A stretch of 62,993 nucleotides of DNA, filler included, from Reticulomyxa filosa (taxonomy: Eukaryota; Protista; Foraminifera): NCBI GenBank assembly GCA_000512085.1. It is 18 parts of 18 records of this genome, joined end to end, with 100 filler letters (N's around TTAATTAATTAA, not from the genome) between each part and the next. Parts side by side here need not be neighbours in the genome. Positions count along the whole stretch, not along the records: positions 59,316 to 62,993 come from ASPP01008624.1; 17 more parts are not named here. One strand, 5' to 3'. A model generated the notes under the pieces. That model searched no databases. It was not told the origin of the DNA and saw only the letters and a list, made by a program, of their open reading frames with translations. Every line of letters starts with the position of its first letter. The first letter of the stretch is position 1. This document shows, piece by piece, positions 60,913-62,993 of the stretch. Both the position numbers and the translations under genes were made by a program.

Positions 60913-61503
60913 ATGTTTCGTCGTTCGACACATTTACTGAAAAAGCCCAGTGACAACTGGAAGGCGATGACACGAGGTCAAAAGACAGTGAAGAATGGAA
61001 GAAAGGTGTTGATTCAATACTACCGCAAATGTTTGGAGGACATAAAAGAGATCCCGATAACTGCGGCATATCGACAAAACGTGGAAGCGATTAGCAAATA
61101 TCGACTGAACGTTTGCGAAGCCACGCACAGCCACCGCGAGATTGAAATGGCGTGCGAAGGAGGGATCATTGAGAACTTGATCGACGCCGTGAAAATGGAA
61201 TTGGAATTGATTCCTATGATGATTCGCTTGGAACCTTGGAAAGTCCACGAAACGTGGCAAAAGCCAAAGCTGATCGTTGACGGCTTCGAGTTTGATTGGC
61301 GCAAACTACGCGAGGACAGGTTGAAAGAAAGCTGGGAGATGCGCACCAAATTGGGCGAAAAAGAGCGCAAACAGGCCATGCAACAATGGCTTGAAGACAG
61401 TAATCCCGACTTGGAAATTTACCCTGCTGAAATGGTTCGCTTTAAACCAAAAGGCGTTTATCAAGACTTGAAAGCTTACAAAAAACCAAGATTTGGTGCT
61501 TAA
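60913..61503 (+). CDS. NDUFA5: Mitochondrial complex I accessory subunit NDUFA5 (B13) with C-terminal extension
   Basis: LIQYYRKCLEDIKEIPITAAYRQNVEAISKYRL...EIE..CEGGIIENLI..VKMELELIPMM..LEPW matches NDUFA5 (IP..AAYR..E.I...RL...GGQ.EE.I..A..EL.L..KM..W.PW). Confidence 0.85.
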   Translation: MFRRSTHLLKKPSDNWKAMTRGQKTVKNGRKVLIQYYRKCLEDIKEIPITAAYRQNVEAISKYRLNVCEATHSHREIEMACEGGIIENLIDAVKMELELIPMMIRLEPWKVHETWQKPKLIVDGFEFDWRKLREDRLKESWEMRTKLGEKERKQAMQQWLEDSNPDLEIYPAEMVRFKPKGVYQDLKAYKKPRFGA

Positions 61504-62083
61504 CATCTTTTTCCAATATTTTATTTCAATTTTTTTTTTTGGGGTTCTCGTTCACTTTTCCTATCAACAAAAATGTGTATACCCCCCTTTTTCTTAAAAA
61601 AAAGGGACCTCTCACTTATCAAATTTTCCCTACTGCACTTTATTTTGTCTTTTTGAAGTCTTAAGGGTCGCACAGCACAGATAAATACAATAAAGTAAGT
61701 GTGACTTTGTTTTATCCATGAACTTTTGACTTCTTTTTTGTTAACATATTTTTACCTGCCACCTAATGGTAAACATGCTAATAATGTGATAAGTTAAGGT
61801 TTCAAAAAAGTTGGTATATTAGAGGAAGCTTAATATAGCATTGTTTAACTTGAATTCATTCTGACAGAGTTATTAAAAGTATGTACATATATCATTACTA
61901 TTGAGGTGGAACTTTAGGTTTTAAAAAGTAGTAAAATAGCGTTATGCATGCAAAACAAAGTGCTGTTTTTCCTTTTTACTCTCCTAGACAGACACAGTTG
62001 TAGCATGAAACAAATAAAAAACAGCCTGTCTAAGAGTCAATTGTGGATGCCCTTTTTTTTAATTCAAGACGATTATATCAGTC

Positions 62084-62866
62084 ATGATCATTTTGCCCTT
62101 GCTATCATGCCTCGGTATTTTCACGGTAGTTTGTGGTCAGCCAGCAGTATTGACACTATCGTGGCTCGACAATCAAAAATATCCAAACGGTAAAAAAAAG
62201 GGGGAACACCAAAGAACTGAGTTTTTGAATACTAAAAGTTCAACAAAAAAAAGGTCCCCTCACCAAAAAAATGAATAGCACTATGTAACGATGGTTCAAA
62301 AACGGGGTATTATTATGCACCTCCGCCTGCGAACATGAACACATCTGCTAATGTATATTGGTTGATCCATTTAATGGGGGGTAAGTTTTAGAAATCGGAA
62401 AACTCAATTGAAGCGAGAAACAGAGGGGTGCACTATTTGAGATGCTTGCACTTCTGTACGAAAACAAACAAACAAAAAAAAAATTGTAATGAAAGGAATG
62501 TGGTGTTGGGATGTCCCAAGTTGTGAAGAGAGATGGCAGAATTCTCAGAGTTTAATGACAAGCGCCGGCTGGCTACCGACAATATCAAAGACAGGGATTT
62601 TTGACGAAGACCCAGCGAATAACCTTTGGCAATGGCTCATAAAATCTACCTCCCTTATTGCAGCAGTGACGCTTGGATGGGCAACCGCGCAGGGACGGCC
62701 CAAACCAATGGCTGGTCTTTTTTCGGACAACCCATCGTCCAAGCCGCTTTGCAGACCATTGTCCAAGACTTGCACATGGACTTGACCGACCCTAGGCAAT
62801 TCCTCTTTTTCAGCGGTTGCAGCGCTGGCGGAAGAGGAGCCATGGTACATTTGGAGTACTTACCAA
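62084..62866 (+). CDS. Pectin acetylesterase/Notum-family secreted hydrolase, multi-exon, 3'-truncated; one frameshift near 62625
   Basis: Signal peptide; ALCNDGSKTGYYY, WLIHLMG|GMWCWDVPSCEER, IYLPYCSSDAWMG and the nucleophile motif FSGCSAGGRG. Confidence 0.88.
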
Positions 62867-62993
62867 GTAATATATATGTATATACATATATATTACTTGA
62901 TCCTTCTCTCTATATATTTATTACTATTGATGTATACGTATATGCGTACATATTGACACTTTTTTTTTTCTCTCCCCTTCCTCCTTCCGTCTT

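Noticed and set aside
4795-61503. Alternative nuclear genetic code
   Set aside because: Well-supported genes end in TAA or TAG and one in TGA, and apparent in-frame stops coincide with introns or indels.

Overview
This window is not one locus. It is a pseudo-scaffold of 18 unrelated contigs joined by 17 identical 100-bp artificial linkers (N44-TTAATTAATTAA-N44). Fifteen contigs are AT-rich, intron-containing eukaryotic DNA. Their WD40 and Kelch family signatures strongly resemble the foraminiferan Reticulomyxa filosa (recognised from memory, not searched). They encode G-beta, a RING-H2 ligase, a serpin, eIF3g, a CCCH-RRM protein, a Rho/Rac GTPase, EHHADH, an RNF213-like fragment, prolidase, FAM136A, WD40 and Kelch propellers, TMX, spastin, an O-fucosyltransferase, a CAMK kinase, NDUFA5 and a pectin acetylesterase/Notum-like hydrolase, plus Tc1/MITE relics. 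Three contigs are bacterial: two GC-rich ABC substrate-binding protein fragments and one AT-rich, endosymbiont-like contig (45010-48241). That contig holds the best candidate for a novel system: a two-gene operon in which a split HipA/HipT-like kinase lies upstream of a HipA_N(HipS-like)-XRE-HTH-putative PD-(D/E)xK fusion. The operon has a strong promoter overlapped by operator-like palindromes and is bracketed by perfect 24-bp ISL3-type inverted repeats. The second-best candidate is a 33-34 aa exon-bounded module that occurs at the N-terminus of WD40 proteins and the C-terminus of a Kelch protein (4 copies here), suggesting a shuffled lineage-specific adaptor box. All family assignments come from motif recognition; no searches were run.
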